Part shown: positions 26,804 to 38,893 of the stretch, piece by piece
How positions within the stretch are numbered: position 1 is the first letter of the stretch
How the letters are laid out: each line of letters opens with the position of its first letter
Source of the DNA: Trichoplax sp. H2
Lineage: Eukaryota
Reading direction: 5' to 3'
Assembly (NCBI GenBank): GCA_003344405.1
Contig: NOWV01000014.1
Coordinates: 372,001-436,000, forward strand
DNA length: 64,000 bases
The notes under the pieces: generated by a model
The model's input: only the letters and a program-made list of their open reading frames with translations
What the model was told of the DNA's origin: nothing
The model's database searches: none
Made by a program: the position numbers and the translations under genes

Positions 26804-29800
26804 ATGGATACTGTTTTATGCTTTAAAGCAAATAGCGAACGTCGAGAACAAATTCGACACAGTAAAATTATTGATCAAGAAATCCTACAAGAAAGAACAG
26901 AGTACCACAAAACGATTAAGATATTACTATTAGGAGCTAGCGAATGCGGAAAATCAACATTTTTAAAACAAATGAGAATTTTACACGGCCAAGATTTTGA
27001 CGTCCAAGATTTATTGGAATTTCGTTCTATTATATATGGTAACATAATTCGAATTATGAAAGTTTTAGTCACAGCGAGACGAAGTTTTGAAATTCAGTGG
27101 AAAGATTCTTCTCATCAAAACTATGCCGATCAAATTTTAAACTTTAATACTAAAGTAAATGAAATTGAGCCGCATGAATTTGTCGCAGTGGTTGATATGA
27201 TTCGGGAGTTATGGTCAGACGAGGCAATTCAAGAAACTTATCGACGAAGAAATGAATACATATTGGTAATAAAACTGAAATTAGCTTGCTAAGGCCTAGT
27301 TCAAATATAAAATTGTCGCTCATACTTTATGATAGATCTTTAATTTCAAGCTAGAGGATAGTTTAATGATTTTTGCATTTATTGATATTCTACCCAAGTA
27401 GCTAATTTTTACTTTTAGCTATTGCTTATGATAAGCAGATTTACTTTGGGTTTACATATATATTCCTATCATTTAATAATAATGATCAGATAATCTAGAT
27501 TGCAGATGAAACAGCCGTTGGTAACTGTCTAATAACGAACAGATTTTTTGTTGCTAAAAATTAGTTGTTATTGATATGAGGCATTTTTCTACCGTATTTT
27601 GTTTCAAGGAGATTAGATTGATTTATACTGTAGTATATGCATATGGTTCACATTATCTGAAGTATTATTCGCCGCCAATATAATTGCCAGATCGAGTGCT
27701 TTAAACTATCATTAATATCTAAGTAGTGTACCTTATATATTTTTTGAAACGTTGCTTGGTAACGTAGTCATTAAGAAGACATAAAAATTTGACTTTATGG
27801 TATTAATCCTGAGCTAAATCAGCAATGATACATAAAAAGTATCGGATGGAGTTTCGTAGATATGAATTGTATCTTCTATCCGGAAATAATTATCAAAATG
27901 ACGTAAAACCATTAATATTACGTAGATATGAATTGTATCTTCTATCCGGAAATAATTATCAAAATGACGTAAAACCATTAATATTACACATTCATTTATA
28001 TTATGTTATTTTCTTATGGATATATTAGCATTCTACATATGTTATAAATGCAACTAATTCCTTTTATATACGTATNNNNNNNNNNNNNNNNNNNNAGACG
28101 AGGCAATTCAAGAAACTTATCGACGAAGAAATGAATACATATTGGTAATAAAACTGAAATTAGCTTGTTAAGGCCTAGTTCAAATATAAAATTATCGCTA
28201 ATACTTTATGATAGATCTTTAATTTCAAGCTACAGGATAGTCTAATGATTTTTGCATTTATTGATATTCTACCCAAGTAACTAATTTTACTTTTAGCTAT
28301 TGCTTATGATAAGCAGATTCACTTCGGGTTTACATATATATTCCTATCATTTAATAATAATGATCACATAATCTAGATTGCAGATGAAATAGCCGTAGGG
28401 AACTGTCTAATAACGAACAGATTTTTTGTTGCTAAAAATTAGTTGTTATTGATATGAGGCATTTTTCTACCGTATTTTGTTTCAAGGAGATTAGATTGAT
28501 TTATACTGTAGTATATGCATATGATTCACATTATCTAGAGCATTATTCGCCGCCAATATAATTGCCAGATCGAGTGCTTTAAACTATCATTAATATCTAA
28601 GTAGTGTACCTTATATATTTTTTGAAACGTTGCTTGGTAACGTAGTCATTAAGAAGACATAAAAAATTTGACTTTATGGTATTAATCCTGAGTTAAATCC
28701 GCAATGATACACAAAAAGTATCGAATGGAGTTTCGTAGATATGAATTGTATCTTCTATCCGGAAATAATTATCATAATGACGTAAAACCATCAATATTAC
28801 ACATTCATTTATATTATGTTATTTTCTTATGGATATATTAGCATTCTACATATGTTATAAATGCAACTAATTCCTTTTATATACGTATTATTTTAAGTGA
28901 AGGCTTTGCCTGATCGAGGCTATCGTTCATCACTAAAATTTGTTAGGTTATGAACATGAGATGTAGGAAAATGATACCGTGATAGCGGTTAATTCTAAGG
29001 CTTTCGCTTATCTGTAGCAAGAAAATAATATTTTTATCAAAGTATTAAAAAGTTAATGCAGGTTCATTCAGGGGTTCTGCCATTTGACTAATCTGTGATG
29101 CTCTGATTTTGTACCAAATCAATCGTATTATCAAGGATACTAAAATATCACACGTTATAGATTCTGTATTACTCTCTTGTCTATGTGCTCATTCAATGGC
29201 TTTCGATCCCCTTTAGCATGAAAAAACAATTTCATCAAAGTATTATAAAATTATAGCGTGGGTTAATTCAGGCGTTCCAGTATTTAATTCCTTTAATTGT
29301 CCTCTGATTTTATACTAGATCAGTCAGATTATCGAGGAAAGTAAAACATCTCTCATTATAGATGCACCATTACTTCCTTAGGTGACAAGCGGCCAGCGGT
29401 AGAAAATTTGTTTACTCTACTTTCGCCAATAGTTCTCAAAGCTACCACCATTTCGAAGCTACTGATCGTAGGACGTACTTTTATTTAGTATTATTCATCA
29501 ACGACAGCTGTTGTTTAAATGGAATATAACCTCACGGTCTTTGCCTCAATTATTCATAAAATTTAACGTGATTATGCACTGTTATATGTATTGTCGTCGT
29601 GATTCGACAACATATTAAGTCAAAATCGCACAAATAAAGTAGCTAAAATTAGAATTTAATGATAATCATTGAAGTAAAGTAAGGTATGACTAGTTTGTGA
29701 AACTCTTCCTTTATTAAGTAAAATGGATTAGATGGGGTAAAATAATAAAACTAGAGGATTAGTTCGTATTTCATCTTTCAGTTAAATAGTTTATAAGTTT

Positions 29801-32543
29801 TTCTAGCAATAATATAACTATAACGCTATCTTACGTACTTCGAATCACAGTCCTAATAATTTAAAAGCTATTTACATCGACTAGTATGTCGTACTTAATG
29901 TTAATCTTTAATCCTTTTTAGCGGCATTTCTTTGTCATAGTTTTCAATAGCTGAAATTACTAATGTATGATTTATGGAAACAGGGGTTCGTAATTTATCA
30001 CTTTCAGAAGGTTTATGCAGCTAGTTAGGATGTATTCTGACAATTCTACTGAATAAACGATTGTTAAAATATATAAATTATCTATATAACTTATCCTATG
30101 AAGTTAGCATAGTGAAAGAATTTATACTAAAAAAATTATATATATAGCAATATCTATGGAACCATTTATGTTTAAGAGGAATGAAAATACTTCTATCTCT
30201 ATTTCTATTTGATTACCAAATGACTGACACCGATGTCTTGCATTCGCTTTTATTCTGCAGGCAGATTCAACGAAATATTTCATGGATAGGCTAGAAGTTA
30301 TTGGCAAGGAGGTGATTATAAAATTATAACAGTAGCTTACCATTTATTTCATTTTATTCTCCTGTTAATTTTTAATCTTAACGAAATGGAGAACGAAGGT
30401 AAGCTGACTTAGATATACAGTGGATTAATTAATAATTGCCACATTAGGAAACAATTTCGACACATTCTTGTTAACATTAGATATCATTTAAAAGGATTCT
30501 AATTTCTTTGGTTATTTCATGTTTCGTTGACATTTACTTTAATTGTGCGCTAGTATTTCTTGATTGATGGTGTTGGTACTCGATTGGATATAAATCCAAA
30601 TAATAATCTATCAAGATCAGATATTAAGTAAACGCGCACTTAGGAAATATGTAATACATGAAATACAATCCGGAGAAATCTTAGTGTAAAATACTTTCAA
30701 TAGTCACTATTAGTAAGGATAAACGTTCATAGTATTCATACTATCGAAGATTCAAATTATTACTCTGTTAACATTAAAAAGCCTCAATTTAATGGTATAA
30801 TATTGTCCATCTATGATCATGGTTACAAAATGTTTAAAAAATTAAGACTTCAGAATAACAACAAATTCATTTAGGCGTATATTATCGTGTTAGATGCGGG
30901 TATAGGTAACAAGTGTAAAATGATTACACAGATAAAGAATATAGTAATTGCCCTATGTTGCAAAGCGTCTATGTTTTAATTTAATATAGACTATTAACCA
31001 AATAGCAAAAAAATGAAAGCCCAATATCGCTTGTAAACTATTACTCAAAGTTTAAAGTTAATAATGAAACGATTCATTTGCTTTACTGATACGGTACCGG
31101 TGGTTGATATTCGTAATTATCAAGCAGCCACTAGCGAATATGCCCTGCGATGTAATTCTGAATGTATACTGCAATCTGCTGTTCGATTTCTAAGTTAAAA
31201 ATGAAATCCTAAAACTCGTGTTCGGTTTAGATTAGAGCATTTTATCTTTACATTATTTGCTGATCTATTCACTGCAATGCTTAATTCATAACGGATAAAA
31301 ATTTTTCATTTGTATAACCTAGTTGTATGCAATTTAAGAGGCGTACCAAGGATAAGAGGAAACTTTAATCTAGAACGAGAATATCCATATCGCTCTAAAG
31401 TAATGAATCCTGTGATATTAAGAAGCATTTGAAGCTTTTATCACAAATTTAATCTTTTACTGTATATCAAACATATTTTAAATTTCTTGCACAAGTTTCT
31501 TTACAATGCCTGGATAAACTCAAATGTAGTATACAACTTTACTCTATATTAAAGCCTAATTAGAGATATATCCCTGATAGCAAAAGAATGAAAACGATAA
31601 GGTATTTTTACTTTTAATATGCCGTAATTAGTTGAAAATTATAGAAAGAATTGTGCTATTTTTTAAGTAACTGGCTATAAAGTTATGAATTCAATGTCGG
31701 TCCAAAGATACTTTTAGCTGATCTATTTAGAAGGAAACATATAAGATAACTATTAAGAAGGTTTCATGAATTGTACTTATCAAGCTACTACTCACTGACA
31801 TAGTCGACATCTTAAAAATATCTGAAACCATAATGCAACTATGCTAAAATCAATTTTTGATACCCAATGTTTCAAGAAATTACCCGTAGATTAGATATAA
31901 TCCTCGTAAGCCTCGTAGCGAAGCTTGCAATGAATCAATTTAATTTGATCAATTTTAACTGTAGGATTACGTTCCAATTCGACAAGATGCTTTAAGGATG
32001 AGAAAGGCAACAAAAACAATTGTTGAATTTACCACCACAATTAATAAAATCCCATTTGTCTTTATTGACGTTGGTGGGCAAAGATCTCAAAGGCGCAAGT
32101 GGTTACAATGTTTCGAATCTATTACTGCCATTTTATTCTTAGCAGCAGCTAGCGATTATAATCAAGTTTCACTAGAAGATAGAAAAACTAATCGCCTACT
32201 GGAATCATTAGAAATATTCGGTGCCATAGTCAACCATGAGCTCTTAGCTAAAGCTTCTAAAATCTTATTTTTAAATAAGATTGATTTACTGGAGGAAAGG
32301 TTAACCATAAGCAATATCAAAAATTTCTTTTCTGCATTCAATGGGGATGAAAATGATTTAACAACCGTTAAAGAATTTATATTGCAGCTTTTTTCCAACA
32401 AGATGGAAGCCAATAATGACAATGATAAATCATTATATCATCATTATACAATCGCTACGGATACTGAAAATATTAAAGTGGTATTCCGTGATGTAAAACA
32501 GACTATTTTACAAGAACGATTGGGAAGCTTGTTACTACACTAA
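26804..32543 (+). CDS. Divergent G protein alpha subunit, G12/13 class (paralogue 2), 3 coding exons, ~363 aa
   Basis: Exons 26804-27265, 30261-30311 (51 nt, ADSTKYFMDRLEVIGKE), 31965-32543, with the same intron positions and phases as paralogue 1. Motifs GASECGKSTFLKQMRILHG, DVGGQRSQRRKWLQCF, NKID, HYTIATDTENI; C-terminus SLLLH. Confidence 0.93.
27217..28888. repeat. Near-identical direct duplication around a 20-N gap (27217-28075 vs 28096-28888); probable uncollapsed haplotypes
   Basis: After the gap (28076-28095) the sequence restarts at agacgaggcaattc, repeating the last 49 nt of G-alpha exon 1, its donor site and the proximal intron with SNPs. Confidence 0.92.
27855..27986. repeat. Perfect 66-bp tandem duplication, present in only one of the two gap-flanking copies
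   Basis: cgtagatatgaattg...ccattaatatta at 27855 and 27921; single copy at ~28734-28799. Confidence 0.95.
28999..29373. repeat. Old degenerate ~199-bp tandem duplication in intron 1 of G-alpha paralogue 2
   Basis: Collinear anchors ggctttcg, atcaaagtatta, ttcagg, ctctgatttt, ttatagat and attact recur about 198-199 bp apart. Confidence 0.75.
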
Positions 32544-34782
32544 ATTGCCAAATTGTGTATTCGTTATTTGTCTTCTTCATTAATGCGCTATAATATGATT
32601 TGAGTTGTAGTCTCAATGAATTTACTTTTAACTCTTTTTCAAGTTAAAATTGCCTTGTGATATACATTAAGTTAATAATGACCGAGTGATCTATTTTACA
32701 ACAAGTTTACAACCCAAGTAATAATAGCTCTACGTATGAAAATCACTCAATTAAAATTTCTCAGCTTATATGGTAAAGAGGACAAGATTAATATGATGAT
32801 AACGATATGGACTTTTACTGTAGATTATATTAATTATTAACCTTAACCTGATAAAATAAGGATAGAGACTTTACTTCTTTTTCTTCTGTATATGTTGAAA
32901 GCTAACTCCATGATCTCAGTCGCTACAATTCTAAATATAATTCCACATAGTATGCTTTGCTTAAATAATTCGCCCTGATAATATTTAGTCCCATACTCTT
33001 TCCAACTGAAAAATAATATAGAGAACTAGCAGAAATGTTAAGTTGATTACCACTTAATAACTGATCAATACAACAAATAAATTAAAACAAAAATCTAACG
33101 TTAACGTGATTTAATTTTATTTATTTTATTGGATGAAGATATTTACAAGCCTGTTCTGATGTAGCTGATGTTGGAAAATTCAACGATTAGTATAGAATAC
33201 CCTTTTAGTAGAACGTCTAGAATGTATCGTCTTGTCAATTGGGGAGAATAAATTGAATAGGGTAAACATGAATTATTACGGTTTGATATTTCAGATGTTT
33301 CAATACGATAAATTAATTATTATATTCGCGTAATATGCCTGTTATTTAGCAGTATGTTCGACTAACAAGACTTATGTAAAGGAGTAATTTCATTAAATTT
33401 ATTGCACTCGTATTCGATGATGTTTCAAGTTATTCCATCTTTGTCCTATGAGAATAATTAGCCTTTGATATAGTAATCACAATGAATTATTGCTTTGTTG
33501 CATAGCCTTAAAAATAATTAGGTGTACTGTATACTATGTTTGTATGTCTATCATTTATTTGCTGGTATGACTACGAAATTTGACATTATTAGGAGGAAAG
33601 GCATAGTTTCTAAGTGATAGTAATCTATCACCAGACAAGGCTAGAATGATCACTGTAATCGGCACATTTATCACATAACAATGTCAAAACTGTTCATACT
33701 TTTCCTTTTAACTAGTTCAAAGGAGTCAATCAGACGTAATCGATCTTGGATGGCTATATGATCATTTTATTTCCAAATATTTTCGCATACTGTATAAATT
33801 ACATAATATGCCTAACGTTTATTTGCTTCTATCATTGTATCACAAGACACGACTACAAGGAAAACTACAATTTTAAGTATGATATTAGCCAAAGAAATAA
33901 ACATGGACACTTTACCATTGACAAGGTTCCATTCTGACTGGGCCATTTTGCACCATTTAATTGAGTAAGAGGACTACAGGCCTCAGCGTATTGTAATCCA
34001 AAAGTATTCTGTCGACATCAACATTTCTATATATCAAAGTCCTGCAGTTTATCTGCTGATAAAATGCCACACCAAACAAATCTTCCTAATATGATTAAAA
34101 GAGTATTTTGATGCAGAAATATGAACATAGTCTGCATAGGCTGTCTTGACTCCAGTCTTCGACATTTTATATTACCGTAATTTATCATTCCCTTATGTTG
34201 TGTAAAGCGATAATAAGTCATGGATTATTAAAATTTCATATTTTCATTATTTGGCTATATAGCCTTACAAAATGTTATCACTGTAGTCTTTAGCATAGTC
34301 AATTACATGTTTAGATGAGGTTTTGTTTTGTTTTAAAATGTACCAAGTTGTATTATGTAGTATAGCTATTGATTTATCATAGGATACAAGGTAGATAATT
34401 ATAGATTAGTTTTATACGAAATAGAACATCGATTTTGTTGATACTATAACATTAAAATGCTTACGATAACCTAGAGTTTACAAAAGCACGACGAGATTGC
34501 TTTAGTTGCCTTCTCAAGTACACATCAATTAATATCAATCTGAAGAATTTTCTACATTCTGTATTACAGTATATGAAGGATGGTTATGAGCAGCTTGACA
34601 GTATAACAATTTTTAGTTGATCCAAGGATGTTCTTTCATGTCAGTAGAATCCTTTTTTTTTTCGTGTATACGTCTATTAAAACGGAACGTTGCCTTTTTC
34701 CTGAATTGTTTTGACTATACAGTATATAATTATTTCTTTATGGAGTTATGGATATTGAGTATAGTAAGAGAGAAAGGTGTGT

Positions 34783-35055
34783 TTAATCGTCGTCTTCTGG
34801 CACAAATATGTCATTCTCTTCTAAAAAGGCCGCGCCTCGTTTGGATAACTGGGCACCCAGGTAGGTAAAAGAAACAGAGATCACTACTGCTTTAATAGTT
34901 CCAAATCTATCAATATGTGGCTTATCATGAAACACGGCTGAAGGTTGGTTCGCTATAGTCCGACTAAAGAAGTTTTTCGATTTATTCCATTTGGATGCAA
35001 ACAGTAGTGATGGACGAGCGGCGGCACGCAAGGAAAAAGTAGCAAAGATCGCCAT
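34783..35055 (-). CDS. SMDT1: Essential MCU regulator EMRE (mitochondrial calcium uniporter subunit), single coding exon, 90 aa
   Basis: ATG at 35055. Basic/hydroxylated presequence (MAIFATFSLRAAARPSLLFASKWNKSKNFFSRT), then KP...FG, one TM helix with GxxxS (YLGAQLS) and the diagnostic AAFLEENDIFVPEDDD acidic tail. Confidence 0.95.
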   Translation of the reverse strand: MAIFATFSLRAAARPSLLFASKWNKSKNFFSRTIANQPSAVFHDKPHIDRFGTIKAVVISVSFTYLGAQLSKRGAAFLEENDIFVPEDDD

Positions 35056-35717
35056 TATGACCAGGAAGACTGAGGCCACGGACAGCGGACGTCCACAGTT
35101 TTTCCTTCTGATTGCGACGGACTGACTGACAAAGGCGATACGGAAGGACTGGACTAGTACGGGTGTAAGCGCTGTCTGTTGTACTGGTCATTTTACTATA
35201 CTGTAAAGCTGGAAATGTACACGGTACCTTAAAGTGTAGTAAATGGCCAGCCGTCTACCCTCTTCATTTTAAAGATGGTTTCCAGTCCCTCTCTCTCTTA
35301 ATACTACGCAACCGAATCATACACCAAGTATTAATTATGACAATATAGGAAAATCAATCCTTTATTTATTAGATGCAATCTCCATGATTATCATACAAAG
35401 TGGCAGTACACTGCCATATTGTTGAGTCTAACCATATACAAATGTCAAGATGAGGCGTTCAATATAGCAGGTCGTGAACATAGCAATATACTATATGAAA
35501 ACCTGCTTTCTTCGATCGTTATGGTCGGGAATAAATGGTTTTATGACTGATTATGCCTGTCTTACATCTCTATGCTTTTTTGATTAATGATAGATCAGTA
35601 TGCCACTACGCTACTACGGTATAAGAGGAAATTCGCCACACTATATCCATCAAAGGGCGTAGACTAGACTTTAGACATCACTGCGATAGGGTATACGCTC
35701 AGTACATTTTAGCCCTG

Positions 35718-35731
35718 GTATCTATGACAAC
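35718..35731. promoter_or_regulatory. Candidate RFX X-box in the divergent EMRE / MS4A-like intergenic region
   Basis: GTATCTATGACAAC fits the GTHNYYATRRNAAC consensus and lies ~410 bp upstream of the ATG at 36139. Confidence 0.4.
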
Positions 35732-36138
35732 AAGCGGGCAAACTCTGATTTCTCCAAACATCCTTACTATGCTCTTGCAGTCATGCAAGAGGGCAAATAC
35801 AACCAAAAAGAAATAATAAGTTAACTTACTGATGACGGTATCAACAGAAGCAATTATTGTATTTGTGTAGTCGATCAATAGACTGTAAATCTAAACCACG
35901 GGATAGAACGGATTGCTATGAGATGAGAATAACGTACTCATCAAGTTCAACTGATTGTGAAGTCGACTTAGTTTGCTGCTACTAGATACAGTATTCCACT
36001 CTACTAAGCACTGCTAACAAGTTGATCAGTTTTGATTGATTATAGTAATACTGTACAAATAGCTAAAAAACGAATATCATTCGATGTCCTTACAATTTCA
36101 TTCGATCTTTTGTGGTAACCAGTAGTCAACTTTCCGTC

Positions 36139-38893
36139 ATGCCTGACTTCTTTTTGGTAGCTGGAGCTACACAGTTATCAGTAGCGTTGTTAAACGTTAT
36201 CATACCAGCCGTTGCATGGTTAACAACAGGAATTATATCAGCTACTACAGTTCCTGCTACATATTTTTTGGGTCCAGGTGTGGTTGGCATTACCGTAAGT
36301 ACAGTATACATTTCTTAATCAGTATTCTACAACGGAGATATTTGAAAAAATTTAGTCATAAATTGCTTGATACACATTTACAATAATCATATCTACGAAT
36401 ATAGCCTGATTAATGCATATACCAGCTTTTATAACAAACTTGAATAGTTTGAACAAATCAGGCAATATTAAAACTATTTTATTTTTTTCACTAAAAATAT
36501 TCAATTAAAATATGCTGGTATTTAGACGCAGTAATTAAGTTAAAAGACATAAAATTGAAGATTTACTACACAGTCGGTACGTTATTAACAGTAGTTTCAT
36601 TTCTGTGATCTAGTTTAAGTGCGATAAATGCGGTAATTAATAAGATGTTATTAACCACAGTGGATATTCTATGATCAACATTTACTTCTGTTCAAGTTAT
36701 TGTAAACATTGATCCATTTAATACGTTATCGCGATATTTCTGTTTTCTTTAAAGCTCGCTACTTCGGCCTTTTCATGCTTTATGGCAAGAAATAAAGCAC
36801 TTGATACAGTGGTAAGTTTCTTTTATTGTATGTAACACTATAGAATATAAAAGCATTAAAGAGTCGCAAAGATAATCTTAGACTAGTTAATATATTTAGC
36901 GTCTCAAATGTTTTGTAATATTTCATTAATCTGTCGCTTGTACTATCGTTAAGCAGCACTACTACTATGTAAAATTTATTATGCAAAATTGCTAATTTTG
37001 CATAGTAGTGCATAATTATTATCTTAATAGTTATAATTGAAAGTGGCTACTTATGCTGTAACTATATCAAGTTACAATCACCGTAAAGAAATTTTTATTT
37101 TTTCTATTTGGCTGTGATATCTACGCTTACATTGACATCAATGCAATCTCAAATAGTAATAATAATTTTATTTACTTTTAGGTTGCAGGCATTTATGTTT
37201 TTTCACTACTTGCTACAACATATTCTATTAGCAGTATTTTAATGTTTATTAGTGTTATAGTACGGTTGGCTACTTCAAATCTATTAAATACTGCTGTTGG
37301 AGCTTTGATTTTCACCTTGGTTACCATCGCTATTTTATGTGTATCTATGGGTGTTGCTATATGGGTCATTTACACAGCAAGAAAAATGTTACTCAAATCT
37401 GACTCTGTACAATCAGTTGACAATCCTGATTCCCCGCCGACCGTAGCTGAGCCAACAAACTGTTTAACAGATAGGACATTGGCCATATTAGAAATGTCAG
37501 CCGGTAACTTACTTGTAATAACCCCGGGAGTAGCAATATTCTTCCCATCTATTCAAAGACTGTATTGTGTGTTACCGCTATATGCTGGATCATTGGTAAA
37601 TAAGTAATTGTGGATTACCACTTAAAAATTGCATTGGATTAGCTTATAAACAAGTTATGAATGTATCACTCTGATTCCTTTTTTTCAATCATTTTGTTTA
37701 CTAATGACAGCTGATTGCTTCTGGAATGATGGGATATGATTATACGACTAAGAAAAGATATGCTCTTGTAAGTAGCAAATACATTGACGATTGCTACACA
37801 TTGGTATCATGATCAACCTTACAGTAAAATATTATGCTTATTCATCTTTATATCAAATGCATTTTGTAGATGTTGTGGTCGTTTGTTATGACTCGATTAA
37901 GCCTGCTATTAACTACTGTAGCTATCGCTGGAACTGGATTCTATTTGGGCATCACTGTTGGAAGTGGTTCTACAGCTCCTACTAATTTAGCTCTTATTTC
38001 ATTAATTCTGTTGGTTAGCATTTATGGCTTTATAATATCTATTGTATCGTTGGTTGTTACACGTAAGAGACTTGGGATAGTTTGCAGTTGTAACTTTAAT
38101 GTCAAAGATATGGAGTTTATATTTGGTGTGACAATGGTGGTATTAGGAGTAGTATATGCTATTGTAGCAGCGGTTGGATTAGTTTTGTTTGCAGCTCGCT
38201 ATTTTACAATTGTTGGATTTTTCGTTGCATGCGTGGTAAGTGTTAATCATGGTAGTAAGTAAAATATACATATTGAAATTTACCCTACTAAATTAATTTC
38301 ATTTCATAACGGGCTATCGTTCAAATATTTAGTAATTAATTTTGTGTTACGATCATCTACGTATATAGTCTAATTGCAATTTGCTTATTATGTCATGAAA
38401 TAGTTGCTGTTAAATGGAGAGTTAGGTATGGACTCTAGGGACGTTAAACATTTTGTAAGTACTGCCTTTCGATATTTCTATTACGAATTGGATCGTTAAT
38501 GTCGCATAATTACTAGAATTATTTAGGCAGTCTGCTGTAAATTGGTGTTCATTTTGTATTCGTAAATTGCGTAATGTAAAATTATCATGATATAAACGAT
38601 ACTTTTAATTTTTGTCATTGTACATTTAGGAAATTTCATTTGTTGTGAGATCAGTCTTGTCTGCCAGCTTTTCCGTTGAATGTGCAGTATTGACAATTGT
38701 GGAGTTTATTGCCTATTTGCGTTTAAATCCATCTTCCGGCCTTCTGGTACGCGGAGTTGCTATGATGGCTACAATTCTTGTATTTAATATAGCCACATTT
38801 GGTATAGCAGTAGCGGCTACCGTGAAAACAGGCAGAAAACATCAATTGTGCGGTATTTCTTCCCAGACTGGCCCATCTGAAGCTGAATCATAA
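36139..38893 (+). CDS. Polytopic membrane protein of three tandem CD20/MS4A-like tetraspan units, 7 exons, ~454 aa
   Basis: Exons 36139-36294, 36755-36811 (57 nt), 37182-37595, 37711-37767 (57 nt), 37870-38235, 38404-38454 (51 nt), 38630-38893; all phase-0 GT-AG, 1365 nt open. About 12 hydrophobic segments. Unit 2 reads LAILEMSAG...LPLYAGSL|LIASGMMGYDYTTKKRYAL|MLWSFVMTRLSLL, matching the MS4A pattern. Gene structure is well supported; the family call is by eye. Confidence 0.8.

Noticed and set aside
27825-28028. ORF with a perfect 22-aa repeat
   Set aside because: Product of the 66-bp intronic duplication; the other gap-flanking copy has one unit and an in-frame stop.
28096-28144. Third G-alpha gene or alternative exon
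   Set aside because: Begins exactly at an N-gap and matches 27217-27265; best explained as haplotype overlap.
33550-34090. Possible minus-strand exons downstream of EMRE (EDLFGVAFYQQINCR..., NTFGLQYAEACSP...)
   Set aside because: Frames are broken by stops, no consistent splice chain could be built, and no family was recognised.
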